Below the pieces are notes generated by a model. The model did no database searches and was not told the origin of the DNA. It worked only from the letters and a program-made list of their open reading frames with translations. 64,000 nucleotides of DNA from Lama glama (taxonomy: Eukaryota), in the NCBI GenBank assembly GCA_028534125.1, contig CM052816.1:96970001-97034000 (forward strand), in the 5' to 3' direction. How positions within the stretch are numbered: position 1 is the stretch's first letter; the number at the start of each line of letters is the position of its first letter. The position numbers and the translations under genes are program-made. Shown one piece after another: positions 61,955 through 64,000 of this stretch.

Positions 61955-63147
61955 CTTTTATTTATTTTTAATTGAAGCAGTTACAATGTGTCAGTTTCTG
62001 ATGTACAGCATAATGTCCCAGTCATGCATATACATATATATGTTTTCATATATTTTCATTAAAGGTTATTAAAAATATTGAATATAGTTCCCTGTGCTAC
62101 ACAGAAGAAAATTTTTAATCTATTTTTATATATAGTGGCTAATATTTGCAAATTCCAAACTCCCAAACTTTTCCCTTCCCACTCCCTTTCTCTGGTAGCC
62201 ATACAATTGTTTCCTATGTCTGCAAATCTGTTTCTGTCTTGTAGATGCGTTCATTAGTGTTCTTTTTTTTTTAAGAGTCCACATATGAGTGATATATGGT
62301 ATTTTTCTCTTTCTGGCTTACTTCACTTAGAATGATCATCTCCAGGTCCACCCATGTTGCTGCAAATGGCATTATTTTCTTTTTTATGGCTGAGTAGTAT
62401 TCAATTGTGTAAATATACCCCAACTTCTTTATCTAGTCATCTGTCAATGGACATTTAGGTTATTTCCATGTCTTGGCTATTGTAAACAGTGCTGCTATGA
62501 ACACTGGGGTGCATGTATCTTTTTGAATTAAGGTTCCCTCTGAATATATGCCCAGGAGTGGGACTGCTGGATCATAGGGTAAGTCTATCTTTAGTTTTTT
62601 AAAGAACCTCCATACGGTTTTCCAGAGTGGCTGCACCAAACTGCATTCCCACCAGCAGTGCAGGAGGGTTCCCTTTTCTCCACACCCTCTCCACCATTTA
62701 TCGTTTGTGGACTTTTGAACGATGGCCATTCTGACTGGTGTGAGGTGATACCTCATTGTAGTTTTGATTTGCATCTCTCTGATAATTTTGAGCATTTTCT
62801 CATGTGCCTATTGGCCATTTGTACGTCTTCACTGGAGAAATGTTTATTCAAGTCTTCTGTCCATTTTTGGATTGGCTTGGTTTTTTTTTTTTTATTAAGT
62901 TGTATGAGCTGTTTATATATTCTGGAAATTAAGCCTTTTGTCAGTCAAACCATTTGCAAATATTTTCTCCCTTTCCAAGGGTGTTGTTTTGTTTTGCTTG
63001 TGGTCTCCTTTGCTGTGCGAAGGTCGAGTGTAACTAGGTCCCATGTGTTCATTTTCGCCTTGTTCCCGTCGCCCGGGTAGCCTGCCCTGGGAGACCTGCT
63101 GAGGTTCGTCCGAGAACGTTTGCCTGTTTTCTTCTAGGGGGTTTTCG
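61955..63147 (-). mobile_element. Young 5'-truncated L1 with ORF2 C-terminal remnant
   Basis: ORF 62460-62795(-) [21 protein letters not shown]...[27 protein letters not shown] is the L1 ORF2 cysteine-rich domain; probable TSD catttagtac (61945-61954) / catttagcac (63148-63157). Confidence 0.96.
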
Positions 63148-64000
63148 CATTTAGCACTTTTTAGAAATCAGACCAAATGTTCTGTAATCCATTTTTATTT
63201 CCTATGCCATGAACTGTTTGTGTGTGTTTAGAAATTCTTCAGTGTGGCCATTGTGGGTAGCTTCTCATAGTTGATTTTTAATTCTATTTGGATTAGCAAA
63301 TAATGCCTTAATTTGCTGCATTTTCCTTTATGGCCTAGCTCATGTTTCAAGTGTATCTGAAACCAACGTGGGTGCCTCATTTGTTGAATGTGGCACATAC
63401 GTCATCTCGTTTGCAAACTGTGATGTTCAAATTCTCGTGTATCTTCATCTGACCGTTCATGGCTAGATTAGTGCCCCAGTACTATGGCGTCTGGAATTCA
63501 GTGTAGAACACTTGCACACAGACCCATCGGTGTGTTAACAGAGCGAAGACTGTGTGTAGTCAGCATTCTAATGAGGATAATAAATACGTAATGACCAGTA
63601 ATGACCATCTTGCTCCTAAGCTCTTCAATTAATTCCACCAGCAACCAGCATTGTTGCTGAAAGTAATGGGGCCAGCCGAGGCTTCTTAGAATGACTGAGG
63701 TTAGAAAGGAGCTCTGACTGACTACTTAGTGGCATTAAGATATGATGGAGTTTGGACATTAGTTCAGAGCACTCCCCACCCCTACATAAACAAGGCCAAA
63801 GACTTTTTCTAGCAAGACTCTTGGGTGGAGGGCCGCTCATGGTGCTAGGAGGAACAAAACCCTGCCCCTGGAATACCCACAACCACCGTGAATAAACTTT
63901 CCAGCAAGATGTGAAACTTCATGAAAGACGTGGCTGGACCACCTAGAGACAGCACCTTGTTAAGCTGACGGATGGGTTGTAGGATGCTGTGTGCCTGGTT

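Noticed and set aside
62460..62795. ORF with clear protein similarity as a CDS
   Set aside because: Fragment of L1 ORF2 in a 5'-truncated, disrupted element.

Overview
Mammalian non-coding genomic DNA, most likely from a camelid (alpaca/camel lineage): it carries three tRNA-derived Vic-1-type SINEs and young artiodactyl-type L1 3' ends. It is dominated by degraded interspersed repeats (L1, L2, MIR, MaLR/MLT1, ERV1-type solo LTRs) and has two 500-N assembly gaps. I cannot support any intact protein-coding gene, RNA gene or CRISPR array; the only ORFs I recognise are L1 ORF2 remnants. The best observations are: (1) short clusters of AT-to-GC substitutions inside L1 copies, one demonstrable from two paralogous copies in this window, consistent with GC-biased gene conversion; (2) an old ~860-bp tandem duplication at 6.7-9.1 kb; (3) two 5'-inverted (twin-primed) L1 insertions; (4) nested LTRs; (5) a G-rich minisatellite; (6) gene-less CpG-rich patches. 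I found no convincing new biological system. Repeat subfamily names come from recalled consensus sequences and need RepeatMasker/Dfam confirmation; boundaries of old repeats are approximate.
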